This document shows positions 40,726-51,462 of a stretch of 64,000 nt of DNA, piece after piece. A program made the position numbers and the translations under genes. How positions within the stretch are numbered: position 1 is the stretch's first letter; every line of letters starts with the position of its first letter. Under the pieces are notes generated by a model. That model had not been told where the DNA came from. It saw nothing but the letters and a program-made list of their open reading frames with translations, and searched no databases. Source of the DNA: Bacteroidales bacterium (lineage in GTDB: Bacteria > Bacteroidota > Bacteroidia > Bacteroidales > CAIWKO01); NCBI GenBank assembly GCA_035389045.1, contig DAOORA010000011.1, positions 1-64,000 of the forward strand, read 5' to 3'.

Positions 40726-42753
40726 TTATTTATTGTTATTGAGATTCCGCATAGCTATGTCGCGGTTATTGATAGCTTCTGTATTATTCGGCTCCAGTTC
40801 AATTGCACCGGAAAAATCATTCAGTGCCTTGTCCCATTCCCCCAGTGAACTGTATGCCTTACCACGGTTTATTAAAGCCCTGACATTTTCACCTCCCGTA
40901 ATCCTGATCAGTCTGGAGTAATCATCAATAGCCTTGTCCCATTGGCCAAGAGCGCTGAAAGCTGCAGCACGGTTTTCATAGGCAAAAGCATATTCGGCAT
41001 TGATTTTTATTGCACTCGAATAATCCGCTATGGCTTTATCTAACTGTCCCTGGTTATGATAATCAGCTCCACGGTTGTTATAGGCATTCAAATGATACGG
41101 ATCAATGCAGATTACCCTGGAGTAATCGGCAATGGCTTTGTCCCTGTCCCCGATGTTGTCATAAGCTATACCGCGGTTATAATAGCCATCCTTATATCCG
41201 GTGTCGATCCTCACCAGATTGGAATAATCATCAATGGCTTTATCCCATTGTTGAAGGCTGCTGTATATATTGCCCCTGTTCCAGAAAATATAGCAACTCG
41301 GCGTAATTTCAACCGCAACGGACAAATCGGCTAATGCCTTATCTATTTGTCCCTGGCTGGCATACGCAAGGCCGCGGTTAATAAAAGGCCTGGCTTTACC
41401 GGGCGATTTTTCTGCCACATCGGTCCAGAGTGTGATATCATCTTTCCATACTTTATTTCTTTCATAGCTGAGAAAAGAATTAATGACAATGATAACAGAC
41501 AGAAGCCCAATAGCAAGATATTTACTCTTGTTCCATAATAAAATGAAGATCCCGGTGCTCAGGATCAGAAAAAAACCAAACGAGGGCAGATAGGTGCGAT
41601 GCTCATAAATAACATCGGATATCGGAATAATGCCCGACTCTACGGAAAGTGTTATGAAAAACCAAAATATGCCGAAAGAAAGTATCCTGTACTTTTTAAA
41701 AAGAATTAAGGCGAGAATGAACAATAGTAAAAGAAACAGTAAGCTCAGCCATGTTTTGATTTCGAAAAAATTATTCGAAATGGTAATATCGTGATCTAAA
41801 TTCTGGTTTACAGGTAGTATTAAAAGCTGAATATACTTCACGATAACACTGAACTGTGTGAAAAAATAATTTCTCGGGGTTATGGTATAGGTTCGCCCTT
41901 CAGATTCAAGAGGTGGTAAGGGGTCAAAAACACTGAAAGAGAAGTTAAAAAACGCAAAAACCAGTATTCCTGCAAAAGCTGCAACTAATAGTATAACGCG
42001 GTAATTCCTGAAATTGACGCTGATTTTTCTGGTTTGTACAAAGAATATCTCAAGGAGTATTATTGCAGCAGGAAGCGTGTATGCGTTTTCTTTGGATAAA
42101 ACAGCCAGGAAAGCCGAAACCACTGATGCGGCATACAACAGGTATTCATACCGGAAGGGTTTATGATGCAGGCGGGCTTTCATATATAACGTCAGTGATA
42201 GCAGATAAAACAGGGCTGCAAGAGACGACTGCCGTTGCATTATATAAGTTACAGACTGTGTTGCCAGTGGATGAGACACAAAAAGTAATGCAGTGAAAAA
42301 GGCGAGCAGTCTTTTATGTTTACTCAATGGGTGGTCTTTGAGCGCCTGAGAAGAAAAAATCTGAACAGTGAGCAACAAAACAAGACAGGCATTGATAAGA
42401 TGAATTATCAGGTTAACCAGGTGATAGTACCAGACATCTAAACGGTTAAAATGGTAATTAAGCACAAAAGTAAAAATACTGACAGGACGGGGACTGTAGC
42501 TCCACCATGTTTTGACATCAGACAGGTTTTGTATTTTGGTATTATTGACTATGTGTAAATTATCGTCAAAATGGAAAGAACATTTAAAAGAATTGCTATA
42601 AATAACAATACCCAGCAAGATGATAACTGTAATGCCGGCCAGTTTGTGAAACTTAAATCTCGCGGCCTGTTTTATGCCTTGCGGATTTTTTCCTGGATTT
42701 TCTTTTCGTTGCGTCTCTTTCTTTATTACTTTTTTTTTCATTATATTAAACAA
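40726..42753 (-). CDS. TMTC-like GT-C + TPR protein (array gene 5)
   Basis: Same motif set: FHFDD, HPLATQSVTYIMQR, SKE, EHRTYLPS, TPRs. Confidence 0.85.
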   Translation of the reverse strand: MFNIMKKKVIKKETQRKENPGKNPQGIKQAARFKFHKLAGITVIILLGIVIYSNSFKCSFHFDDNLHIVNNTKIQNLSDVKTWWSYSPRPVSIFTFVLNYHFNRLDVWYYHLVNLIIHLINACLVLLLTVQIFSSQALKDHPLSKHKRLLAFFTALLFVSHPLATQSVTYIMQRQSSLAALFYLLSLTLYMKARLHHKPFRYEYLLYAASVVSAFLAVLSKENAYTLPAAIILLEIFFVQTRKISVNFRNYRVILLVAAFAGILVFAFFNFSFSVFDPLPPLESEGRTYTITPRNYFFTQFSVIVKYIQLLILPVNQNLDHDITISNNFFEIKTWLSLLFLLLLFILALILFKKYRILSFGIFWFFITLSVESGIIPISDVIYEHRTYLPSFGFFLILSTGIFILLWNKSKYLAIGLLSVIIVINSFLSYERNKVWKDDITLWTDVAEKSPGKARPFINRGLAYASQGQIDKALADLSVAVEITPSCYIFWNRGNIYSSLQQWDKAIDDYSNLVRIDTGYKDGYYNRGIAYDNIGDRDKAIADYSRVICIDPYHLNAYNNRGADYHNQGQLDKAIADYSSAIKINAEYAFAYENRAAAFSALGQWDKAIDDYSRLIRITGGENVRALINRGKAYSSLGEWDKALNDFSGAIELEPNNTEAINNRDIAMRNLNNNK

Positions 42754-42811
42754 AGATCGGTTTATCAGCGGTTGTTGAATTCATATTCGTTATTGGCCTG
42801 ACTGAGCCTGG

Positions 42812-44845
42812 TCACTCTGTATTGTTCTTACTTGCCATTAGGCGGTATGCAACATCCCTGTTGTGATAGGAATCAGGAAACTGCGGATCGATTTCGATGG
42901 CTTTTGAGAAATCAGCTATGGCCTTGTCCCACTGTCCGAGGTTCCCATATACTATGCCACGGTTATTATAAGCCTTTACATGTTTGGGATCAAGTTCTAT
43001 GGCTCTGTTTAAATCGGCCAGCGCTTTATTCCATTGTTTTGTCTTTATATACACCCCACCACGGTTGACAAGCGGCCTCGCATTCCAGCCTTCCAGTTCG
43101 GCCATTTTTGAATAATCGGCTATGGCCTTATCCCACTGACCAAGTTTTTCATAATCTACTCCACGGTTGTTGTATGATTTGACATACGTTTTTGGATCAA
43201 TCTCTATTGCTTTGGTATAATCCTCAATGGCTTTGTCCGGCTGTCCGAGTTTATCATAGACAACGCCCCTGTTATAATACGCATCAATACACTTCCGGTC
43301 GATTTCTATGGCTTTGGTATAATCGGCCAGCGCTTTGTCCGGCTGTTGCAGTTCATCATAAGCGAGCCCGCGGTTCCAGTAAGCAAATAAAAAATCAGGG
43401 CTGATTTCTATCGCTTTCGAAAAATTGTATATCGCTTTGTTCTTATCACCAATGGTTCCGTATGCCGAACCCAAATTGACATAAGGCCTGGCTTTATCCG
43501 GAGATTTAGACACCACATCACTCCAGAGTGTGACATCATCCTTCCAAACCTTGTTTCTTTGGTAAGTAAGCACTGAATTTGATACGGCAATAATCAACAC
43601 TATGGCAATTGCCAGATATCTGGATCTGTTCCATAGCCCAATATATATGCCCGTACTAAGGATCAGAAAAAAGCCAAATGACGGAAGGTAAGTACGATGT
43701 TCAAAAATAACATCAGCCAGAGGAATAATGCTTGATTCGACCGATAAGGTCAGAAAAAACCAAAAAATTCCAAAAGAAAAAATCCTGTGTTTTTTGAAAA
43801 GGAATAGGGCGAGGGTCAGCAAAGATAAAAGCAACAAGAAACATAACAGCGTCTTCCACTCAAAAAAATTATTTGAAACAGGAAAATCATAATCTAAATT
43901 CAGGTTTATGGGCAATACCAAAAGTTGTACATATTTTACAATGACACTGAACTGAGTCAGCAGATAATTCCACGAAGTAATGTTATGTGCGTTGCTGGCG
44001 GATATGGGTAAGGGGTCGAAAATTTTTAATGAAAACTTAAATAATGTGAAAACAATAATCACAATAAAGACAATGAGTGACAGTAAGACTCTATAATCCT
44101 TTAAGATTACCGAGAGCTTTTTTTTCTGTAAAAAAAATAGTTCACTAAGTATTATCGCGGCAGGAAGTGTCAGACTGTTTTCTTTGGATAGAAACGCAAG
44201 AAATGCGGCAATCAGGGCGCCTGAAAATAAAAAGAGTTTATGTTTTATTGATTTGTCAGAAAGGCGGGCTTTTACGTATAATACCAGGGAAAGAAAATAA
44301 AACATGGCTGACATAGAGTTCATTCGCTGGACGATATATGTTACAGATTGGGTCGCAAGCGGATGAGAAACAAAAAATAATGCAACCATAAACGCCAGTA
44401 ACTTTTTATGCGTACTGATGGGATTGTTTATCATGACCGGCGTTGAAAATAACAGTACGGTAATCCTCCATACCAGGTAAGTGTTGACAAGGTGAATGAT
44501 AAGGTTGACAAGGTGATAGGAGCGGACATCAAACTGGCTGATTTGATAGTTTATGGCAAAAGAAAAAATGCTGAGCGGGCGGAGTGTGGATTTCAAAAAC
44601 CACCAATAATATTTTGTTTCAAATATCAATTTGATCCTGTCATCATTATGAACAATGCTTGAAAAATCATCCAAATGAAATGAACAATGAAATGAGTTGG
44701 AATAAATAATAACCCCCAATATCATAATCAATGACAATCCCAACAAATCAGCATATTTGTTTTTTACAAAAAAATCGTTGACATACAAATCTGCACGTCC
44801 CATTTGCTTTTGGACAGATATCTTTTTATGTGATCTCCCCTTCAA
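42812..44845 (-). CDS. TMTC-like GT-C + TPR protein (array gene 4)
   Basis: FHLDD, HPLATQSVTYIVQR, SKE, EHRTYLPS, TPRs. Confidence 0.85.
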   Translation of the reverse strand: MKGRSHKKISVQKQMGRADLYVNDFFVKNKYADLLGLSLIMILGVIIYSNSFHCSFHLDDFSSIVHNDDRIKLIFETKYYWWFLKSTLRPLSIFSFAINYQISQFDVRSYHLVNLIIHLVNTYLVWRITVLLFSTPVMINNPISTHKKLLAFMVALFFVSHPLATQSVTYIVQRMNSMSAMFYFLSLVLYVKARLSDKSIKHKLFLFSGALIAAFLAFLSKENSLTLPAAIILSELFFLQKKKLSVILKDYRVLLSLIVFIVIIVFTLFKFSLKIFDPLPISASNAHNITSWNYLLTQFSVIVKYVQLLVLPINLNLDYDFPVSNNFFEWKTLLCFLLLLSLLTLALFLFKKHRIFSFGIFWFFLTLSVESSIIPLADVIFEHRTYLPSFGFFLILSTGIYIGLWNRSRYLAIAIVLIIAVSNSVLTYQRNKVWKDDVTLWSDVVSKSPDKARPYVNLGSAYGTIGDKNKAIYNFSKAIEISPDFLFAYWNRGLAYDELQQPDKALADYTKAIEIDRKCIDAYYNRGVVYDKLGQPDKAIEDYTKAIEIDPKTYVKSYNNRGVDYEKLGQWDKAIADYSKMAELEGWNARPLVNRGGVYIKTKQWNKALADLNRAIELDPKHVKAYNNRGIVYGNLGQWDKAIADFSKAIEIDPQFPDSYHNRDVAYRLMASKNNTE

Positions 44846-44971
44846 TGTATTATGTTATTATTTATAAATCACAAATCATTAATTCAATAATCCGACGGTC
44901 ATTAATTTCCGATTCCTGTATATTAGTTCCTGAACAATTAAAATATTCCTCAGGCACATACAATAATTTAA

Positions 44972-45142
44972 GGGCATCTCTAATAACCCCGATCGGGCGT
45001 TTCTAAAAACAAAAAAGTCCGAGGCCGTCGAAGTTCTGAAAACCGCAGTGTGCTGAGCGTACATGCCTGTGCTGAGCCTGCCGAACGCAAGGATTTGAAG
45101 AACGAAGACGAATGAATAAATTTGAAGTTCTTAGAGGTGCCC
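44972..45142 (-). mobile_element. ~170-bp MITE-like element, family A, copy 3 (inverted)
   Basis: GGGCATCTCTA...TAGAGGTGCCC; reverse complement aligns with 12104-12273. Confidence 0.85.
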
Positions 45143-45208
45143 ATGAGATAATTCAACAAAATCTAATTCCATAATCAATGTTTTTTTTTCGTTCATATGC
45201 TGTTAACC

Positions 45209-47158
45209 TTAGTCCATTTTGCGCGTATCATTATTGCCGGGTAGCATTGCACTGTTCATTTTCAAGTAAGCTGCATTGCGGTTGTAATATGCCTCCTTAA
45301 AATCCGGGTTAATTTCGAGGGCGTTTGAAAAATCATCAAAAGCATTTTGCCATTGTCCCATATAATAGTAAAGAATACCCCGGTTGTAGTATGCCCTGGC
45401 ATGTCGTCTGTTATATGCTATTGCTTTGGTGTAATTATTCATGGCGCTGTCATATTGTTGTAAATTTCCATAGGCCACGCCACGATTATAGAAAGGATCG
45501 TACTCATATTGATTTATCTCAATGATACGGGAATAATCAGCAATCGCTTTCTCCCATTGCTGAAGATTACTGTAGGTTATACCCCTGTTCCATACAGCAA
45601 AAGAGTTGTTGGGTTCAAGTTCCAATGCTCTTGAAAAATCTCTGATGGCGTTATCGAACTGCCCCCGGCTTCCATAGATCAAACCACGGTTAGTATAAGC
45701 CATGGCATAGCAGGGTTCAATCTGAATCGCCTTGCTAAAATCGGCCAGTGCTTTGTCTGACTGCCCCAGGTCATCGTAAATAACACCCCTGTTTCCATAT
45801 GGCCTGGCCTTACCAGGCGATTTAGACACCACATCAGTCCACAGCGTCAGTTCATCTTTCCATATTTTATTTCGCTGAAAAGTCAAAACTGAATTAATAA
45901 GTGCTATGATCACAAATAATGCAATGGCAAGGTATTTATTTTTTTTCCAGAGCAAAACAAATATAACGGTGGTTAATATCAGAAAAAATCCGAAAGAAGG
46001 AAGATAGGTACGATGTTCATATATCACATCATTAATCGGAATAATGCCGGACTCGACCGATAAGGTCAGAAAAAACCAGAAAATACCAAAAGAAACAATT
46101 CTGTGTTTTTTGAAAAGGAATATGGCAAGTACCAGCAACGATATAAGCAATAAGAAACTCGACAGTGTCCTCAGCTCAAAAAAACTATTCGAGACAGGAA
46201 AATCATAATCCAAATTCTGGTTTATCGGCAAAATCAAGAGCTGAATATATTTTACTATGACACTGAACTGTGTGAGCAGATAGTTGGTTGAGGTTATTAT
46301 TTCGGAGCTGCCCAGAGATTGTAACGGGTGAATCGGCCTAAAGATGTTTGCTGAAAATTTCAAGGATAGGACAATAATAATGCTGAGAAAAGCCAGAATT
46401 AACAATATGACACGCCAATCTTTAAAATTTATATGACGCTTTTTTGCCCGTAAAAAGAATAACTCAAAAAGCACAATGGCACCGGGTAGCGTATAGGCAT
46501 TTTCTTTTGAAAAAAAAGCAAGAAAAGCAGAAATAACGCATCCCGTAAAAAAAAGATATTTATTTTTTTGTGAGCTGTCGGTCATACGGGCTTTAGCATA
46601 CAACGCCAGAGAAAGCAAATAAAACATGGCGGCCATGGAGGTCTGCCGCTGAACAATATAGGTCACCGACTGCGTTGCCAGAGGATGTGAAACAAAAAGC
46701 AGTGCTGTGAAAAATGCAATTATTTTTTTGTTTTTACTGGCAGGGCTGTCCTTTATAGCGGGTGAATTAAAAATCAGCAGGGTAATCCACCAGACAAGAC
46801 AGGCATTGATCAAATGAATCATAAGATTGACCAGATGATAACTCCAGACATTAAGCTGGCTGAAATGATAATTAAGCACAAAAGTAAAAATACTGACAAT
46901 CCTGGCAGGGCTGAAACTCCACCAGGCCTTTACATCGGACAGATTGTGAATCCGGTAATTGCCTGTGATGTTGGTTAAATCGTCAAAGTGGAAGGAACAT
47001 TTAAAGGAATTTGAATAAATGATTATCCCCAACAATATGAGAATTGCCAGCCCAAAGGCATCCTTATGCCGGTAACTCTTTGTCCAGTTGTCCATCGGCC
47101 ACAAATACCTGGATTTTAAATTCTTGATCGTCCCCTTCTTGGTTGGTTTTTCCTTCAA
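45209..47158 (-). CDS. TMTC-like GT-C + TPR protein (array gene 3)
   Basis: Same motifs; closest paralogue of 47344-49266. Confidence 0.85.
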   Translation of the reverse strand: MKEKPTKKGTIKNLKSRYLWPMDNWTKSYRHKDAFGLAILILLGIIIYSNSFKCSFHFDDLTNITGNYRIHNLSDVKAWWSFSPARIVSIFTFVLNYHFSQLNVWSYHLVNLMIHLINACLVWWITLLIFNSPAIKDSPASKNKKIIAFFTALLFVSHPLATQSVTYIVQRQTSMAAMFYLLSLALYAKARMTDSSQKNKYLFFTGCVISAFLAFFSKENAYTLPGAIVLFELFFLRAKKRHINFKDWRVILLILAFLSIIIVLSLKFSANIFRPIHPLQSLGSSEIITSTNYLLTQFSVIVKYIQLLILPINQNLDYDFPVSNSFFELRTLSSFLLLISLLVLAIFLFKKHRIVSFGIFWFFLTLSVESGIIPINDVIYEHRTYLPSFGFFLILTTVIFVLLWKKNKYLAIALFVIIALINSVLTFQRNKIWKDELTLWTDVVSKSPGKARPYGNRGVIYDDLGQSDKALADFSKAIQIEPCYAMAYTNRGLIYGSRGQFDNAIRDFSRALELEPNNSFAVWNRGITYSNLQQWEKAIADYSRIIEINQYEYDPFYNRGVAYGNLQQYDSAMNNYTKAIAYNRRHARAYYNRGILYYYMGQWQNAFDDFSNALEINPDFKEAYYNRNAAYLKMNSAMLPGNNDTRKMD

Positions 47159-47343
47159 ACTTTGTTATTTTAAATGTGATTGATCTGTATTATTATCATA
47201 GATTTTTCAATAATTCATTTGCTCTTTTTTACAAACCGCCCAACTCCCGTATTCAGTGATAAACAAAGTAAACAAATTTTCATAACCTCCGAATAATTGA
47301 TCTTTACCCCTTTTAAAACTGTTTTTTCCATAGGCCATTAAGA

Positions 47344-49266
47344 TTACCGGGTGTGCTCACTGTTCAGTTTGAAATAAGCTGCATTGCGGTTGTCATATGC
47401 CTCCTTAAAATCAGGGTAAATCTCCAGGGCTTTTGAATAATCATCAATCGCTTTTTGCCATTGTCCCATATAAAAATAAAGAATACCCCGGTTGTTGTAC
47501 GCTTTGGCATGTCTGCTGTTAAATGCTATGGCTTTGGTGTAATTATTTATAGCGCTGTCATATTGCTGTAAATTTCCATAGGCCACGCCGCGATTAAAAA
47601 AAGGATCGTATGCGTATGGGTTTAAAGCTATACATTGGGTATAATCCGCTATTGCTTTGTCCCATTGCTGCATAATACTGTAAGTTATAGCCCTGTTCCA
47701 TACTGCAAAAGTATTGCTGGGCTCAATTTCCATAGATTTTGAAAAATCCCTGATAGCTTTGTCGTATAGTCCCCTGGTTCCATAAATCATACCACGGTTA
47801 GAATAGGCCATGGCATAGTTGGGTTCAATCTGTATCGCTTTGTTAAAATCGGCCAGCGCTTTGTCTGATTGCCCGAGTTGATCGTAAATAGTTCCCCTGT
47901 TTCCATATGGCCTGGCCTTATTGGGCGATTTAGACACCACATCATTCCACAGCGTCAGTTCATCTTTCCATATTTTGTTTCGCTGAAAAGTAAGAACTGA
48001 ATTTATAAGTGTTATGATCAACAATAATGCGATGGCAAGGTTTTTATTTTTTTTCCAGAGCAAAGCAAATATAACGATAGTCAATATCAGAAAAAATCCA
48101 AAAGAAGGAAGATAGGTGCGATGTTCATATATCACATCATTAATGGGAATAATACTTGATTCGACCGATAAGGTCAGAAAAAACCAGAAAATACCAAAAG
48201 AAACAATTCTGTGTTTTTTGAAAAGAACTATGGCAAGGATCAGCATCGAAATAAGCAATAAGAAACTCAAAAGTGTCCTCAACTCAAAAAAATTATTCGA
48301 GACGGGAAAATCATAATCCAAATTCTGGTTTATCGGCAAAATCAAGAGCTGTATATATTTTACAATAACACTGAACTGTGTGAGCAGATAGTTGGTTGAG
48401 GTTATTATTTCGGAACTGCCTTGGGATTGTGCCGGCAGGATCGGATTAAAGATGTTTGCCGAAAATTTCAAAAGAACGATAATAAAAATGATGAGATAAG
48501 CCAAAATTAACGATAAGACACGCCAATCTTTAAAATTTATATGACGCTTTTTTGCCCGTAAAAAGAATAACTCAAAAAGCACAATGGCACCGGGTAGCGT
48601 ATAGGCATTTTCTTTTGAAAAAAAAGCAAGAAAAGCAGAAATAACGCATCCCGTAAAAAAAAGATATTTATTTTTTTGTGAGTTGTCGGTCATACGGGCT
48701 TTGGCATACAGCGCCAGAGAAAGCAAATAAAACATGGTTGCCATGGAGGTCTGCCGCTGAACAATATAGGTCACCGACTGCGTTGCCAGCGGATGTGAAA
48801 CGAAAAGCAGTGCTGTGAAAAATGCAATTATTTTTTTGTTTTTACTGGAAGGGCTGTCCTTTATAACGGGTGAATTAAAAATCAGCAGAGTAAGCCACCA
48901 GACAAAACAGGCATTGATCAAATGAATGATAAGATTGACCAGATGATAACTCCAGACATTAAGATAGCCGAAATGATAATTAAGCACAAAAGTAAAAATA
49001 CTGACAATTCTGGTAGGACTAAAACCCGACCACGTCTTTACATCGGAAAGATTATAAATCCGGTAATTTTCGGAAATGCTGGTTATATCGTCAAAATGGA
49101 AGGAACATTTAAAGGAATTGGAATAAACAATTATCCCCAGCACGATGATAATTGCCAGTCCGGAGATATCCAGATACCTGTTCCTTTTTGTTCTGATCTC
49201 CACCCGCCCGGAATGCCCGGATTTTACATTCTTTACCGTTTCCTTTTTTGTTGATTTTTTTTTCAA
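47344..49266 (-). CDS. TMTC-like GT-C + TPR protein (array gene 2)
   Basis: Same motifs. Confidence 0.85.
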   Translation of the reverse strand: MKKKSTKKETVKNVKSGHSGRVEIRTKRNRYLDISGLAIIIVLGIIVYSNSFKCSFHFDDITSISENYRIYNLSDVKTWSGFSPTRIVSIFTFVLNYHFGYLNVWSYHLVNLIIHLINACFVWWLTLLIFNSPVIKDSPSSKNKKIIAFFTALLFVSHPLATQSVTYIVQRQTSMATMFYLLSLALYAKARMTDNSQKNKYLFFTGCVISAFLAFFSKENAYTLPGAIVLFELFFLRAKKRHINFKDWRVLSLILAYLIIFIIVLLKFSANIFNPILPAQSQGSSEIITSTNYLLTQFSVIVKYIQLLILPINQNLDYDFPVSNNFFELRTLLSFLLLISMLILAIVLFKKHRIVSFGIFWFFLTLSVESSIIPINDVIYEHRTYLPSFGFFLILTIVIFALLWKKNKNLAIALLLIITLINSVLTFQRNKIWKDELTLWNDVVSKSPNKARPYGNRGTIYDQLGQSDKALADFNKAIQIEPNYAMAYSNRGMIYGTRGLYDKAIRDFSKSMEIEPSNTFAVWNRAITYSIMQQWDKAIADYTQCIALNPYAYDPFFNRGVAYGNLQQYDSAINNYTKAIAFNSRHAKAYNNRGILYFYMGQWQKAIDDYSKALEIYPDFKEAYDNRNAAYFKLNSEHTR

Positions 49267-49440
49267 ATTTTGGTATTTTAAATATTATTTATCAATATTG
49301 TCATGTCCTTTTTTCTATTTGCTTTTCTTTACAGCTCAACCGTTTCCCTGCAATCAGCAATAAACAAAGCAAATAAGTTTCATAATATCCGTATAATTGA
49401 TCTTTCTCCATTTAAAATTTTTTTTCATAAGAATTGATGT

Positions 49441-51462
49441 TTACTGAGGTCGCTCACTGTTCATGTTCCTGTAAACAAATTCCCTGTTGTTGTATGCATC
49501 AATATTATTCGGGTCAATCTCTAATGCTTTATTATAATCAGCCAACGCCTTTTCCCATTGCCCGAGGTGCACATAGGCATTACCCCGGTTGTTATATGTT
49601 GCTGCAAAGCCGGGCTCATTAATAATAGACCAGGTATAATCCTCTATGGCCTTGTCCCATTGCTTTAGGTTAGCCCAGGCCACCCCTCGGTTGGCCCAGG
49701 CTTTTGCGTTTTTCCATTCTGCAATGGAAACCGACGAAAAATCAGCTATCGCTTTAGGCCACTGTCCAAGAGCCATATAGGTCACACCACGGTTATAATA
49801 TGATTTTGCATCAATATATTTCTGGCTCTCAATCGCTTTTGTAAAATCGGAAAGCGCCTGCTCCAGGTTTCCACGGTTACCATAAATGAGTCCGCGGTTG
49901 TAATATGCATTATCATATTTAGGATCAAATTTTATGGCCGTAGTGTAATCCGCAATGGCATTATCCAGCAAACCAAGTTTTTCATAAGCCACAGCCCGGT
50001 TATAATAGGTGATTGCCCATCCGGGAAAAATCTCAATCGCTTTTGAAAAATCAGAAACAGCCTTATCCCATTGTTCCCTCTGCAAATAAATAAACCCCCG
50101 GTTGTTAATGGCACGGGCCTTACCCGGCGCTTTTGCAACCACATCATTCCATAGTGTGAATTCATCCTTCCAGATTTTATTTCTTTGAAAAGCCAATACA
50201 GAATTTATTAGGATAAGGACACCTAATATAGAAAAGACAATGTACTTATTTTTTTTCCAGAATAACATATATATTCCTGTAACCAGAATAAGAAAAAAAC
50301 CAAATGAAGGCATATACGTTCGATGCTCATATATTACATCGTTGATAGGCATAAAACTTGACTCTATCGATAAAGTCAGAAAAAACCAGAATATTCCGAA
50401 AGAAAATATCCTGTGTTTTTTGAAAAGAAACAAGGCAAGTATAAACAATGAAAAAAGAAACAGAAAACTCAGAAATGTCCTGATATTAAAAAAACTTTCC
50501 GAAATAGGGAAATCATAATCCAGATTCTGGTTTACTGGCAAAATCAACAGCTGAATATACTTTACAATAACACTAAATTGTGTCAGAAGATAATTCGTGG
50601 AGGTAACTGTATAATTATTTCCCAGACTCGGAGGAAGGGGATCAAAAATACTGAGTGAAAATTTCAAGGGAATAATAATTACTATGCTCAACAATCCTGC
50701 AAGCATAAGTAAAACACGGTAATCCTTTAGATTTACCGAAAACTTATTCGCCTTTAAAAAGAATATTTCAAAAAGCGCTATGGCAAAAGGAAGCGTAAAA
50801 GCATTCTCCTTTGAAAAAACAGCAAGAAAAGCTGAAACCAGGGCTCCGGCAAAAAGCGGGTACCTGAATTTAGGATGCATACCTGCCGAAAACCGTGCTT
50901 TAACATACATGCCAAGAGAAAGAAAATAAAACAAAAATGCAAGGGCGTTTTGCCTTTGAACAATATAAGTCACAGACTGAGTCGCCAGAGGATGTGAAAC
51001 AAATAATAATGCGGTGAAAAATGCGATTGCTTTTGTATGTTTGCTTAGCGGGTTATCTTTAAGAACGGGTGTGGAAAATATCAGTATTGTAAGCCACCAG
51101 ATCAGGTAACTATTGATCAGGTGAATGACAATATTAACAAAATGATACCCCCATACATCAAGTTGATGAAAATGATAATTGACCGCAAAAGTAAAAATAC
51201 TGACGTGACGAAAACTGAAATTCCACCATGCTTTTATATCCGACAAATTACGGATAGTGTTATTGTTGACAATGCTGTTCAGGTCGTCAAACGTAAAAGT
51301 ACATTTAAATGAATTGGAGTAAATGATAATACCAAACAAAAAGATAATGCCCAATAAAGGAAGGTCTGTGTATTTTTTCCTTTCCTGCTTTTTGTTTGCA
51401 GGCTGATGCTGACTTCGGGCATCCTTTTTGGGCGGGACCTTTTTCTTTGATTCTTGCTTCAT
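49441..51462 (-). CDS. TMTC-like GT-C + TPR protein (array gene 1)
   Basis: FTFDD, HPLATQSVTYIVQR, SKE, EHRTYMPS, TPRs. Confidence 0.85.
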   Translation of the reverse strand: MKQESKKKVPPKKDARSQHQPANKKQERKKYTDLPLLGIIFLFGIIIYSNSFKCTFTFDDLNSIVNNNTIRNLSDIKAWWNFSFRHVSIFTFAVNYHFHQLDVWGYHFVNIVIHLINSYLIWWLTILIFSTPVLKDNPLSKHTKAIAFFTALLFVSHPLATQSVTYIVQRQNALAFLFYFLSLGMYVKARFSAGMHPKFRYPLFAGALVSAFLAVFSKENAFTLPFAIALFEIFFLKANKFSVNLKDYRVLLMLAGLLSIVIIIPLKFSLSIFDPLPPSLGNNYTVTSTNYLLTQFSVIVKYIQLLILPVNQNLDYDFPISESFFNIRTFLSFLFLFSLFILALFLFKKHRIFSFGIFWFFLTLSIESSFMPINDVIYEHRTYMPSFGFFLILVTGIYMLFWKKNKYIVFSILGVLILINSVLAFQRNKIWKDEFTLWNDVVAKAPGKARAINNRGFIYLQREQWDKAVSDFSKAIEIFPGWAITYYNRAVAYEKLGLLDNAIADYTTAIKFDPKYDNAYYNRGLIYGNRGNLEQALSDFTKAIESQKYIDAKSYYNRGVTYMALGQWPKAIADFSSVSIAEWKNAKAWANRGVAWANLKQWDKAIEDYTWSIINEPGFAATYNNRGNAYVHLGQWEKALADYNKALEIDPNNIDAYNNREFVYRNMNSERPQ

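Noticed and set aside
46500..48680. A/T homopolymers as phase-variation switches
   Set aside because: Runs of 7-9 are common throughout this AT-rich window and all affected genes are in frame.
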